From an uncultured Candidatus Micrarchaeota archaeon (lineage in GTDB: Archaea; Micrarchaeota; Micrarchaeia; Micrarchaeales; Micrarchaeaceae), in contig CAVUGN010000002.1 of NCBI GenBank assembly GCA_963741095.1, positions 201,546 through 265,545 on the forward strand: DNA of 64,000 nucleotides, in the 5' to 3' direction. Shown piece by piece: positions 18,778 to 28,044 of the stretch. Under the pieces are notes generated by a model. It searched no databases, had not been told where the DNA came from, and saw only the letters and a list, made by a program, of their open reading frames with translations. The position numbers were made by a program, and so were the translations under genes. Each line of letters opens with the position of its first letter. The first letter of the stretch is position 1.

Positions 18778-19737
18778 TCACATACCTTTCATTGCGTCCT
18801 TGAGCATCTTTTTTATGGCTTTATCATCCGTCTGGTTTATGGTCCTCCTACCCGAACGGTCCTTTAACGTCGCATCCGCACCGTTTTTCAACAACACCGC
18901 GACAACCTTGCTATGCTCATGAGCAGCTGCCCACATCAGTGCGGTCATGCCTGTGCGATCACGAATATCTATATCCGCTTGGCTGTTTAGCAACATCTCC
19001 GCAACCTCACAATGACCTTCTTTTGCCGCCCGTATCAATGCAGTCTTGTGCGTATCATCCTGCATGTCCACATTTGCGCCGCCGCGTATCAATCTCTCGA
19101 CAACCGCCTTTTTGCCCTGTGATGACGCCCACATAAGTGCGGTGCCGCCCGCTCTATCCCTCAATTCTGTATCTGCGCCATCGCCTATCAGAATATCAAC
19201 AACGTCCACGTGGCCGTTTTGCGAAGCCCACATCATTGCCGTCATCCCCGTCATATCCCTCAAATCCGGATTACTGGGTGGTTCCAACATCTCTACAATA
19301 TCTGTGAATCCACGCGCGGAGGCGTGCATTAGCGCCGTCATCCTCTTGTTGTCCTCCGCGTTCACATCCATCAAGCGTGGAACGAACAGCAGCAGGAGCT
19401 CCACGACATCCTTGTGGTTGTTGCACGAAGCCTTCATCAGCGCCGTCTGGCCCGCTTTATCCTTCGCATTCAAGTCGGCCCCTTTGTTTATCAGCTTCTT
19501 GATCTTATCGATGTCTATAATCTTCTTTTTTGCCTCGTTGATGAGCTGCATCCCCCATGTCTGCTCGTTTTCTTCCTTTGCAATAGACTCCCTTAATCTA
19601 ATTTTCATGCCCTCGATCTGTTTGCCGATCGGATGACCAGGAGTTTCATCTATCCCTCTCAGATAAGCCCTTAGCGCGTCCACTCTCGCTACGGTTATCC
19701 TTCCGTCGTTTGCCGCGCTCTCAGATTTCCCGACCAT
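18778..19737 (-). CDS. Ankyrin-repeat protein (tandem paralogue)
   Basis: About 7 ankyrin repeats; 1-nt gap to the downstream paralogue. Confidence 0.93.
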   Translation of the reverse strand: MVGKSESAANDGRITVARVDALRAYLRGIDETPGHPIGKQIEGMKIRLRESIAKEENEQTWGMQLINEAKKKIIDIDKIKKLINKGADLNAKDKAGQTALMKASCNNHKDVVELLLLFVPRLMDVNAEDNKRMTALMHASARGFTDIVEMLEPPSNPDLRDMTGMTAMMWASQNGHVDVVDILIGDGADTELRDRAGGTALMWASSQGKKAVVERLIRGGANVDMQDDTHKTALIRAAKEGHCEVAEMLLNSQADIDIRDRTGMTALMWAAAHEHSKVVAVLLKNGADATLKDRSGRRTINQTDDKAIKKMLKDAMKGM

Positions 19738-19867
19738 GAATCCAACCTATCTCAATGATAGTCCATTTTGCCAGATATATATGGACTGCTTTTGGGTTCG
19801 TTTTGCGACGTAAATGCGTTCTTCGGCAAAACAACAGAATCAGACACCAAACCCTCTTTATGTGAAG

Positions 19868-22177
19868 TTAGGGCTCCACGACCTTGGTGTGGCCGTTGCT
19901 GTCCTTGTCCCTCTCTAATTGGTAGATACGCGCGGCGCTGACCTGCTTCAGCTCGCTCTCGTGGGTTATCACGAAGACCTGCTCCACCACCTTAGGCAGC
20001 GAGTCCCCCAACATCTCAACGAACTTCGCTATGCCGTTCTCGTCTATGTTGTGTGTCGGCTCGTCGAGTATCAGCCATTTCAGATTCGGCACCACCACCA
20101 TGGCGAACGCTATCCTCATAGCAAGGCATGCCATGCTACGCTCGCCGCCGCTTGCCATGCCGTCCACCTCCGACCATTTTGCCTCCTCTCCGTTCAAGGT
20201 GCGGGCCTCTAGTTTGTAATCATCCTTGCCCGCCTCGAGCCTTATGCCGCTGTAATCGGCGTAGGGGTATATCTCAGACCAGATGCTCTGCATCATACTG
20301 TTTATCGATGTTATGAGCCTGTTCCTAAGCATGCCTTCAGTATCTACAAGAGCGCTCTTGAACTTGTTCATCTCGCCGACCTGCTGCCTCCTCTTCTCCA
20401 CCCTTTCCTTTATCTGGTTTATGTTGGCAATCTGTTTCGCCTTCTCCTCTATCTGCGTGTCCACGCTTGCAAGGTACCTCTTACCGCTCTCAATCTTCGA
20501 ATTGACCTCGCTGAGACGTGAGCTCTCCTTTGTTATCCTATCCTGGAGCTCGTAGAGCGCGCTCTCGTCGACCTTCGTCGCTGCCAATCCCTCCTTCTTA
20601 GTTACAAGGAGCTCAGAATCCTTCTTGACCTCCAATTCGTGGCTCTGCCTCCTCTTCGCCGCTTCAAGATCGGTGTCGAGCGACTTTATATCCTTTCTAA
20701 TTATTTCAAGCTCCGCCTCCGCCTTTTCGATGTCCTTCGAGAATATCGCCGATGCCTTCCTCGAGACTTCGGCCCTCTCGGTCGCCCTTTTAACCAATTC
20801 CTCGATGCCCTTGTAATCCTCCAGCTTCTTGCTCGACAGCAGCAGCGCGTTGCGCTCCTTCGTCGCAACCTCTATCCTGGCGGCCAATTCGGCCACGGCC
20901 TTGGAAGACCGGTCTATGCTGCTTGAAATTTCTGCCGAAAGCGCAACCTTGCCCTTCAACAATCTGTGCCTCAGCTCGTCGTCCAACTCGCGCTCGCAGA
21001 CCGGGCACTTGCTCACCTCTTTGCTCAGCTCGTCGACGCTCTTCTCGAGCTCTTGCCTGCTGCCCTTCAATGCCGCAAGATCCTTCCTGAGCTCTTGGAG
21101 CGTGTCATCGTCTTTCTTCAGCGCTTTCTCAATCGAAGAGAGGTCCTTGCCCTTCATCTTATCAAGAATCTGGTCGCGCTCCTTCACCTTTGCGAGGCCG
21201 CTCTTCAATTCCGCTTCTGCCTGGGCTGCTTCCCTAATTGCAGCGTCTCCTTTTGCCTTCTGGCTTTTGAGTTCCGCAATCGCCGTTTTCTCCTTTTCGC
21301 CAGACTCCTTCCTGTCCTTCTCGAGTTTATCAGGCCCGTGCGGCACCACAGTCTTCTCTATCTCCTTCTTCAGCGTGAGTATCCTGCTTTCCAACTCTGC
21401 AACTTCCTTTGACAGCTTTGTCCTCTTCTCGTAACTCAACTTTAGCTCAGCCAGCTCCTTTTTGCGCTTCTCCATGCCCTCCTTTGCGATGACCGCCTCC
21501 TTGCCCAGCACCGCCTGCTCCTTCACTACGGTTTCCTTCTCCTTTGACAGCGCCTCCAACTGTTTCTTGGATTCGTCCACGTCCATTTGCGTCAGGGTCT
21601 GCTCCTCTCCGCTTATCAGGGATTTCATCCAGTTGATCAGCGATGTGGCATTGACCTCAGCATTGGCGAACCTGTCAAGACCCAGCATTTGGTCTATCTG
21701 CCTCTTCCTGTCGCCCTTCGGCAGTTCAAGGAAATAATCGAGCCTGTTCTGTTCGGAATAGACCACCCTTGAGAAGGTGTCGTAATCGACGCTAAGCAGC
21801 CTCTCTATCTCCTCGTTCACCCTCTCGGGCTGCGCCTGTATATAGGATCCGTTCTTCTCCAGCTTCGCGGTCGTGCCCTGCTCCCGCGTTATCTTCCTCG
21901 TCACCGTGTAGGAGTCGTCGCCGCTGGTGAAATTCACTTTCACGGTCGCTTCGTTCTCCTGGTCTGGTTTGTTAAGTATAAGTCCGTCAAGGCTAGTGCG
22001 CCTGTGCACCAGAGCAGGAAAGGTTCCGAACAATCCGAAAGAAAGGGCATCCATGACCGAGCTCTTGCCTGCTCCCATTATGCCTATGAGTACGTTAACC
22101 CCCTTCTGGAAGCCGAGCACGTTGTGCTTATGGCTTCTCCAGTTAACCAGCTCTATGGAGCTTATCACGTAAACCAC
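19868..22177 (-). CDS. rad50: Rad50/SbcC-type SMC ATPase
   Basis: Walker A G.MGAGKSS, long coiled coil with CPVC zinc hook, SGGE signature, LILDEPT Walker B and ITH. Confidence 0.88.
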   Translation of the reverse strand: MVYVISSIELVNWRSHKHNVLGFQKGVNVLIGIMGAGKSSVMDALSFGLFGTFPALVHRRTSLDGLILNKPDQENEATVKVNFTSGDDSYTVTRKITREQGTTAKLEKNGSYIQAQPERVNEEIERLLSVDYDTFSRVVYSEQNRLDYFLELPKGDRKRQIDQMLGLDRFANAEVNATSLINWMKSLISGEEQTLTQMDVDESKKQLEALSKEKETVVKEQAVLGKEAVIAKEGMEKRKKELAELKLSYEKRTKLSKEVAELESRILTLKKEIEKTVVPHGPDKLEKDRKESGEKEKTAIAELKSQKAKGDAAIREAAQAEAELKSGLAKVKERDQILDKMKGKDLSSIEKALKKDDDTLQELRKDLAALKGSRQELEKSVDELSKEVSKCPVCERELDDELRHRLLKGKVALSAEISSSIDRSSKAVAELAARIEVATKERNALLLSSKKLEDYKGIEELVKRATERAEVSRKASAIFSKDIEKAEAELEIIRKDIKSLDTDLEAAKRRQSHELEVKKDSELLVTKKEGLAATKVDESALYELQDRITKESSRLSEVNSKIESGKRYLASVDTQIEEKAKQIANINQIKERVEKRRQQVGEMNKFKSALVDTEGMLRNRLITSINSMMQSIWSEIYPYADYSGIRLEAGKDDYKLEARTLNGEEAKWSEVDGMASGGERSMACLAMRIAFAMVVVPNLKWLILDEPTHNIDENGIAKFVEMLGDSLPKVVEQVFVITHESELKQVSAARIYQLERDKDSNGHTKVVEP

Positions 22178-22238
22178 CGGCAGGCATTATGTACATTAAG
22201 GACGTGCAGATTTATTAGACAAGCAGGCGTGAAAAAGA

Positions 22239-22487
22239 TCAGAGCAGGCTTTCCTCCTCAACCTCGACCTCCCGTACCCCGTCTATCTTCTTCAGGGCTT
22301 CCTCCACGTTCGATGACGCCTTGTCGACGTCCTCGAAGGTGAAGAGCACTCGAATGACCTTGATGCCGAACGCGACCTCATCGGCCTGGATGCCGGCGGG
22401 CTTGAGCTGCTCCTTTATGTTGCTCATCGCCTTTTCCAGTGCGCCGTCGTTCGGATAGACCTTGAATATTATCCCGATTTTTCCCAT
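22239..22487 (-). CDS. ef1b: Elongation factor aEF-1beta
   Basis: KVYP...EVAFGIK...VEEAL..IDGV.EVEV; downstream of a DUF1610 zinc-finger gene as is usual in archaea. Confidence 0.92.
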   Translation of the reverse strand: MGKIGIIFKVYPNDGALEKAMSNIKEQLKPAGIQADEVAFGIKVIRVLFTFEDVDKASSNVEEALKKIDGVREVEVEEESLL

Positions 22488-22661
22488 CTATGGCCCCTGG
22501 AACGCGCACGTCCCGCACTTGTATTCGTTCGATATCTCCCTGCAGTGCTTGCACCTTATTATCGCGTCCTTTCCGCATGACGGGCACTTGAACTCAGTGT
22601 ACTCACTGGTCATCCTGCCGCATGAGATACAGACTTTTCCCGGTAGAACTCTTGCTATCAA
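22488..22661 (-). CDS. DUF1610/HVO_2753-like zinc-finger protein (57 aa), absent from the ORF track
   Basis: Manual translation (M)IARVLPGKVCISCGRMTSEYTEFKCPSCGKDAIIRCKHCREISNEYKCGTCAFQGP has four CxxC motifs and a terminal F.GP; TTG start after AGGTGA. Confidence 0.9.
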   Translation of the reverse strand: MIARVLPGKVCISCGRMTSEYTEFKCPSCGKDAIIRCKHCREISNEYKCGTCAFQGP

Positions 22662-22676
22662 ATCACCTAAGTGTAA

Positions 22677-24566
22677 TCATCTGCGCCTTCTCCTCTTGTT
22701 AGGACGTGCTGCCCTCCTTCTAGTGACTTTTGGAGCCTTGCGCCTTACCTCTCTTCTATTCTGTTTGGAAGCAGACCTTTTTATCAGTATCGCTATCATG
22801 GTGAGCACGGCCGCAAACGTCAGGATCGCGAAGACCAGCACCATCACCACCAGCTTCTCTATCTCCTCGAGCTGGGCGACGATCTCGATCAGGGCGGAAT
22901 TCTGCAGCGGGGTGCCCGTGCCGGAGCTTGTCGAAGGCACGCCGTTCTGGTATATCAGCTTCATGTCCGAGCCGACATGCTGCGCGAGCAGCGCAGACGT
23001 GTACGCCTCTACGGCATTGCTGTGCGCCTGGGTCGAATTGACGGACTCTCCGGCCTCGTAGGCATAGAACTGCGCCTCCTTCGCGAATTCGGTGGCCCAG
23101 ACCCCGTAGGTCGAGTTGGAATCCTGCGCCAGCGCCTGCGCCGCGCTCAGCAGCTGCTGGGTGCTCGCCGTGTCGCCGTAAATGGAGCTGTTGGATATCG
23201 CAAAGTCGTAATCCGCTCCGAGTATTGCAAGCGGATAGTTGTTGCTCTTGTAGGCCTGCTGCGCCACGTCATAGTACATGCCCGGATAGCCGTACTGGAC
23301 GTCCCTGTTGAGCCTGTCCATCGCTATGCTGGACAGTGCCGGTGCGAAGGTTATCGGTGTGCCTGTAGAGCTGGCGAAGTAGCCGTAGGTGAAGCCTGCC
23401 GCGTTGCACCATCCCTTCGCCTCAGTGCCGACATACACCTCGTTCAGAACAGTGTCCGTGTCGGTTGCCGAGGTGTTGTATGAAGACAGCGTCTGGTTTA
23501 TCGTGTAGGTGCCCCACTCCTGCCTAAGCTCCGCGCCCATCAAGTATTCGTAATTGTTCGTTGTGAACTGCGGCTGCACGAGCGACGAGCAGAAGGTTTC
23601 CGTGTTCTCCAAACTCGAGAGCGTCTGGCTCTTGGTGGTGTCATGCGCGTCGAAATACTCCGCGTTCAGGTAATCCAGGAAGGCCTCGTTCGCCGCGGTG
23701 TAGAAATAGCCGCGATCCATCGTCTGGGCGCTCTGCCCGAGGGCCTGTGAAAGCTGCTGGCTTATGCTGCCGAATTTTGTCCCGCCCAGCAGGCCTATCG
23801 CGTCCCTGGTGTTGGCTATGGTGTAGTTCGCCAGCGCCGCGAAGGCGCTCTCGTTGCACTGATTAGAGCATGTCGCGCTGGCTTCCGGAAGATTGTCGAC
23901 GCTGTAATTGGTGCTGACATTGTACGCGAACTGGTGCGATGTGACGTTTATGCCCGGGGTGAAGGCGAAGACAGAGGCCTGCACTATGTTGGCGGCCTGC
24001 ACCAGTGGTATCCCGAATTCGGTCTGGATCAGCAGGTAGAGCTTCGACTCGCCGCTGTAGGTGGCATCGGGCACCAGGGCAAAGCGCTTGCCCGCCTGTG
24101 CTGCTGCGGCTACCTTGTTGTACACGCCGCCCACTTCTCCTATGGATCCGTCGCTGCCTATCGTGCCTGTGACCGCGAAATCGCTGCTCAGCTTCCTGTT
24201 GCTGAGCGCGGATATCGCCAACAGGGTCAATGCGGCTCCGCCGCTCGGCCCGCTGACATCAGTGTTCAGGTCCTCTATGGTGTAAGCAAAATTGTAACTT
24301 TTGAAATCGAGCCCAAGATAGTTCGCCGCGTACTGCGCTGCGGTCTGCGCCGATTGCAGCGTGTCGGACCCGACCGTGGCCGGCCCCGAAACGGTCACGT
24401 TGCCGATGCCGCTGCTCACAGTGAGGTTTATCGTGACCAACGAGCCAGTGCTGTTGGGTATGACCGCCACCGACGATATGGATGCTGTGCCGACGGTGTA
24501 CGCGCTCGCGCAGCCCACCGCAATCATTGAAACCAGTATCGCAACCAGGAGATATTTTCCCATCAT
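22677..24566 (-). CDS. Exported, membrane-anchored Lon-like (S16) Ser-Lys protease without ATPase domain
   Basis: Signal peptide, VSGPSGGAA (catalytic Ser), VTGTI, VGGVYNK (catalytic Lys), C-terminal TM and Arg-rich tail. Confidence 0.85.
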   Translation of the reverse strand: MMGKYLLVAILVSMIAVGCASAYTVGTASISSVAVIPNSTGSLVTINLTVSSGIGNVTVSGPATVGSDTLQSAQTAAQYAANYLGLDFKSYNFAYTIEDLNTDVSGPSGGAALTLLAISALSNRKLSSDFAVTGTIGSDGSIGEVGGVYNKVAAAAQAGKRFALVPDATYSGESKLYLLIQTEFGIPLVQAANIVQASVFAFTPGINVTSHQFAYNVSTNYSVDNLPEASATCSNQCNESAFAALANYTIANTRDAIGLLGGTKFGSISQQLSQALGQSAQTMDRGYFYTAANEAFLDYLNAEYFDAHDTTKSQTLSSLENTETFCSSLVQPQFTTNNYEYLMGAELRQEWGTYTINQTLSSYNTSATDTDTVLNEVYVGTEAKGWCNAAGFTYGYFASSTGTPITFAPALSSIAMDRLNRDVQYGYPGMYYDVAQQAYKSNNYPLAILGADYDFAISNSSIYGDTASTQQLLSAAQALAQDSNSTYGVWATEFAKEAQFYAYEAGESVNSTQAHSNAVEAYTSALLAQHVGSDMKLIYQNGVPSTSSGTGTPLQNSALIEIVAQLEEIEKLVVMVLVFAILTFAAVLTMIAILIKRSASKQNRREVRRKAPKVTRRRAARPNKRRRRR

Positions 24567-24624
24567 CGTATCGTCCCATTTATTTTTGAATTAAAGTATA
24601 AAAGCCTATTGATGTTTCACTGCC

Positions 24625-25584
24625 TCATTTCAGGTTTTCAAGCTTCGTCGAGTTTATCCAGAGCCTGTTGAACCGCTCCTCGGCCTCCCGGTGGTTGATG
24701 CTGACTATGTGCTCGCTCTTCCTGTTTATGATGTTCAATGGGGGTATCTTGTAGGCCGTGCTGCTGTCGATGAGCATGCGCTCGTGCTGCTCGTTCGCGT
24801 CGCTGTCGCTCAGGACCTTCAGCTCGAAAGCGATGCCCTTGTTGCCGAGCTCGTTCCTGAAGTCGCTGTAGCTCCGCATGAACTCGTTGCCGAGCCGGTC
24901 GCGCTTCGCCAGCACAGAGACGCTCTTGCACCTCTCGAGATTCCCGTTGAGCAGCCTCGACAGGTTCTCCAGCCCGTTCGCGTCGAAGTGCATGTCCAGT
25001 ATCTTCAGGTCGCCCTCCAATTTCGACATCAGCCTCTTCGAGAGGATCATCACGTTCGTGTAGGGCGTCTGCGGGTCTATGCTTATCGGCCTAGCTGCCC
25101 TTGCCGCACTGGGCTTCCTGCGCACCTCGACAAAAAGGTACGCCCCGATCAGGAAGGGGATTATTCCTCCAAGATAGGATATCGCGAATATGAGGTAGCC
25201 GAAGTTGACCATGGTCTCGATTATCGCGGTCGCGACAATCACCATCAGTGATGAGAGCGCCAGCGCGGCGGCGCTGAGGACCATGCGCGATCTGGAAAAG
25301 AGCCACATCGCCCCAATAGTGAACACTATGATGGCGAACGGCAGCATCATGAACGTAAGATACAGCGCGACGGTCAGTGTCGTGGACTGCGATATCAGCG
25401 ACACTATCGAAGAGGTGGGGCTGATGTTGTAGGCGCCTATTATGCCTAGGGCTTCGTGGTAGGATCCAACAGAGAAGGCGAGCTTCTCCATGAAATGGCA
25501 CGCTGAGAGTATCGATAGTGTGCCGCCTGCCAGCGCCAGCAGCGGCATCAGCTGTTCCTTGCTTATCCTGGCCATCGTTACCAA
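24625..25584 (-). CDS. Membrane protein (4 TM) with C-terminal PLD-like domain
   Basis: Hydrophobic N-terminal half; the C-terminus has ILDMHFD...QHERMLID, resembling the IxDxY...HDRxxxxD PLD-like fold. Confidence 0.55.
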   Translation of the reverse strand: MVTMARISKEQLMPLLALAGGTLSILSACHFMEKLAFSVGSYHEALGIIGAYNISPTSSIVSLISQSTTLTVALYLTFMMLPFAIIVFTIGAMWLFSRSRMVLSAAALALSSLMVIVATAIIETMVNFGYLIFAISYLGGIIPFLIGAYLFVEVRRKPSAARAARPISIDPQTPYTNVMILSKRLMSKLEGDLKILDMHFDANGLENLSRLLNGNLERCKSVSVLAKRDRLGNEFMRSYSDFRNELGNKGIAFELKVLSDSDANEQHERMLIDSSTAYKIPPLNIINRKSEHIVSINHREAEERFNRLWINSTKLENLK

Positions 25585-25620
25585 TTCTACGTTAAAACTT
25601 AAAGCATGTAGCCTTTGTGT

Positions 25621-26604
25621 TCAAAGCAGCATCAGTCCGTAGTAGGCGAGCAGCGCGATCACTATGCCTGCGAGGAGCAGAGGTATCGCGGGCAGCGCCT
25701 TCTTGTACCTCCTGAGCACGAGCATGTTCAGCATCAGGCCCAGCACGGACCCGAAGACGACCACGAAGCTCAGCACGAAGTTGAGGTTGACCTTGTACGC
25801 TGCGACCGCAAGCATCAGCGGCACCGCCAGGTCGCCGGTTCCAAGCGCGGTCATCGCCGGCATGAGCGCCATGTTCTCCCTTGTCAGCTTGTCGACAAGG
25901 CCACCCTGCTTTTCAAGCGCAGGCTTGTTCTTCGCGTACTCCTTCTGCTCCTTGGGGGTGAGGTAGCTCATCGGAACAGCCTTCGTCTCCCTGACCATTA
26001 TCAAAAAGGAGAGGTTGTTCTGCACCGCCATGTCGCCCAGGGCTATCATGTGCTTCGTTATGAAGACCGCTATGAAGTCGTAGACCCCGAGCAGGGCCAT
26101 GAAGACGAGCGCGAGCGGGAAGCTGAAGCTCAACCCCAGCGCCACTCCAACGCCGGCGCTCGCTATTATCGCTGTAGTGTTCCTCAATCTCGGCATCCTG
26201 TTCTTGGCTACGACAAGTGCTATCGCAGGTATCAGCGCGGCGAGGAAGTACCAGATGCTGCCCGAGCCGAATATGCCGGACTGCGCCGAGCCCGCAAGCA
26301 CCGCGACTATGATCGAGAAGACTATGAAAGAGGACAGCAGGACTATGGCGCCCTCGAACACAACGAAGAGCTTCTTGCCCTTGTACACCTTGAATATCAA
26401 CAACAGCACTACGGAGAAGACCACTATGTAGACGATGTAGAACAGCGCATTGACCGGCGACGATATGACCTGGGCGCTGGTTATCTCCTGGTAGGTCGCG
26501 CCGCTGAAGAGCGGGATGGAAAGCAGAAGGCCGAGGAACTGCACGATCATGAACATCGTCAGTATCTGAGCGAGCTGCCTGAACTCTATCACTTTCGGCG
26601 GCAA
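25621..26604 (-). CDS. Presenilin/SPP-family intramembrane aspartyl protease (A22)
   Basis: YDFIAV, LGTGD and LPAIP motifs; ~9 TM. Confidence 0.92.
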   Translation of the reverse strand: MPPKVIEFRQLAQILTMFMIVQFLGLLLSIPLFSGATYQEITSAQVISSPVNALFYIVYIVVFSVVLLLIFKVYKGKKLFVVFEGAIVLLSSFIVFSIIVAVLAGSAQSGIFGSGSIWYFLAALIPAIALVVAKNRMPRLRNTTAIIASAGVGVALGLSFSFPLALVFMALLGVYDFIAVFITKHMIALGDMAVQNNLSFLIMVRETKAVPMSYLTPKEQKEYAKNKPALEKQGGLVDKLTRENMALMPAMTALGTGDLAVPLMLAVAAYKVNLNFVLSFVVVFGSVLGLMLNMLVLRRYKKALPAIPLLLAGIVIALLAYYGLMLL

Positions 26605-26751
26605 GAAACCACTCTATCATTTACGCAAAAGCATTTAATAAACAGCGAGGCTGTGACCCGCATTGCAAGCCTTTTTCACGCCGAATACGACATCTGACGA
26701 AGCGAATTAAACTTATATATATCTGGAAACGTTCATGGATAATGACACGGT

Positions 26752-26958
26752 GTGTCAAAAAGCGATAATATGGAAATAAATAACGTTGGATCTTCTGTTG
26801 CAAAGTATACTGCGGCCGTTGTGGCAATCGGTGTAGTTGATACCTTGATTTGCGCTGGAGTAAAGGTGGTATTTCATCCACCAAGCAATGTCATTGATCA
26901 TCTTGCTTTAGGAATCGGCATAGGCGCTGGAGGAATGTTCGCGCTGCTAAGGAAATGA
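26752..26958 (+). CDS. Small hypothetical membrane protein
   Basis: 68-aa ORF with two hydrophobic stretches; TTATATAT box at ~26713. Start uncertain. Confidence 0.45.
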   Translation: MSKSDNMEINNVGSSVAKYTAAVVAIGVVDTLICAGVKVVFHPPSNVIDHLALGIGIGAGGMFALLRK

Positions 26959-26983
26959 GCCAACATCGCTGCCGCTAAGCCTT

Positions 26984-27020
26984 TAAAAAAGAAAAAAAGA
27001 GGGCAGACCTTTCGGTCTGC
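26984..27020 (-). terminator. Terminator of the ftsZ-ftsZ operon
   Basis: On the minus strand, a perfect GCAGACC-GAAA-GGTCTGC hairpin right after the stop, followed by T tracts. Confidence 0.75.
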
Positions 27021-27021
27021 T

Positions 27022-28032
27022 TTATATCATCTCTATGCCAGAAACGAAGCTCGTGTCTACAACCGCGTCGCGGTCGATCTTTGCGGTCCCAAATCTCGGC
27101 TTCACGCCCGTGACTATGGACATGACCTTTATCTGGTCGCCCATCTCGGGTATCAGCCTTGCGCCGAATATCACGTTCGCCTTTGCGTCAAGGTTGTCCG
27201 TGACACCAGAGCCGACGCGCGTCGCCTCCTCTATGGTCAGGGAGTCGCTGCCGGTGACGTGGACCATCGCGCTCTTCGCGCCTTCAAGATCAACGTCAAG
27301 CATCGGGTGGTTCAGAGTAGACTTTATCGCCTTCTCTACCCTGTCTGAGCCATGGCCGTAGCCAAGGTTTATGACAGCAGTGCCCGCATCGCGCATGACC
27401 GATCTCACGTCAGCGAAGTCGAGGTTTATCAGGCTCGGAAGCATTATCGTGTCTGCGATTCCGCGCACCGCGTTGGTCGCGATGCTGTCTATCAGCTCGA
27501 AAGACTTCTCGATCTGAAGGTTGGGCGCATAGCTCATAAGCCTGTCGTTCTCGATCACTATCGTAGTGTCGGCGTTCTTGCTCAACTGCTGCAGGCTCCA
27601 GTCTGCCTTGACCTTCCTGCTCCTCTCAAGCGAGAACGGGTAGGTGACGAAAGCGACGACCAGAGAGCCCTGCTCCTTCGCGAGCTGGGCGACGACCGAG
27701 GCTCCTCCGCCTCCTGTTCCTCCGCCCATTCCTGCGCAGACGAAGACCATGTCATAGCCGGAGATGACATTCCTGATCTCCTCCCTGCTAGCGTCAGCGG
27801 CCTTCATTCCCAGTTCCGGGAATCCGCCTGCACCGAGCCCTCTTGTCAGCTCCTTTCCTATCAGCATGCGGGTGTCGGCCCTTATGGTGTTGAGATGCTT
27901 CGCGTCCGTGTTGAGCGCTATTGTCCTGGCGCTCTTTATGCCGCTCTTGTAGAGTCTGTTGACCAGGTTTGATCCCTGGCCTCCTATCCCTACCACTGCC
28001 AGTTTCGCGACGAATGAATCCATATCTTCCAT
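27022..28032 (-). CDS. ftsZ: FtsZ paralogue C (divergent signature)
   Basis: NTD, LTRGLGAGG and INLDFAD present, but the signature reads GGGTGGG and the N-loop GGQG. Confidence 0.92.
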   Translation of the reverse strand: MEDMDSFVAKLAVVGIGGQGSNLVNRLYKSGIKSARTIALNTDAKHLNTIRADTRMLIGKELTRGLGAGGFPELGMKAADASREEIRNVISGYDMVFVCAGMGGGTGGGGASVVAQLAKEQGSLVVAFVTYPFSLERSRKVKADWSLQQLSKNADTTIVIENDRLMSYAPNLQIEKSFELIDSIATNAVRGIADTIMLPSLINLDFADVRSVMRDAGTAVINLGYGHGSDRVEKAIKSTLNHPMLDVDLEGAKSAMVHVTGSDSLTIEEATRVGSGVTDNLDAKANVIFGARLIPEMGDQIKVMSIVTGVKPRFGTAKIDRDAVVDTSFVSGIEMI

Positions 28033-28044
28033 TCAAACACCCTA

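Noticed and set aside
25615-26697. 360-aa plus-strand ORF, and similar ones at 15217-16116 and 49986-50918
   Set aside because: These are antisense shadows of the presenilin homologue, dph2 and DUF2070 genes, with low-complexity His/Arg/Gln-rich translations.
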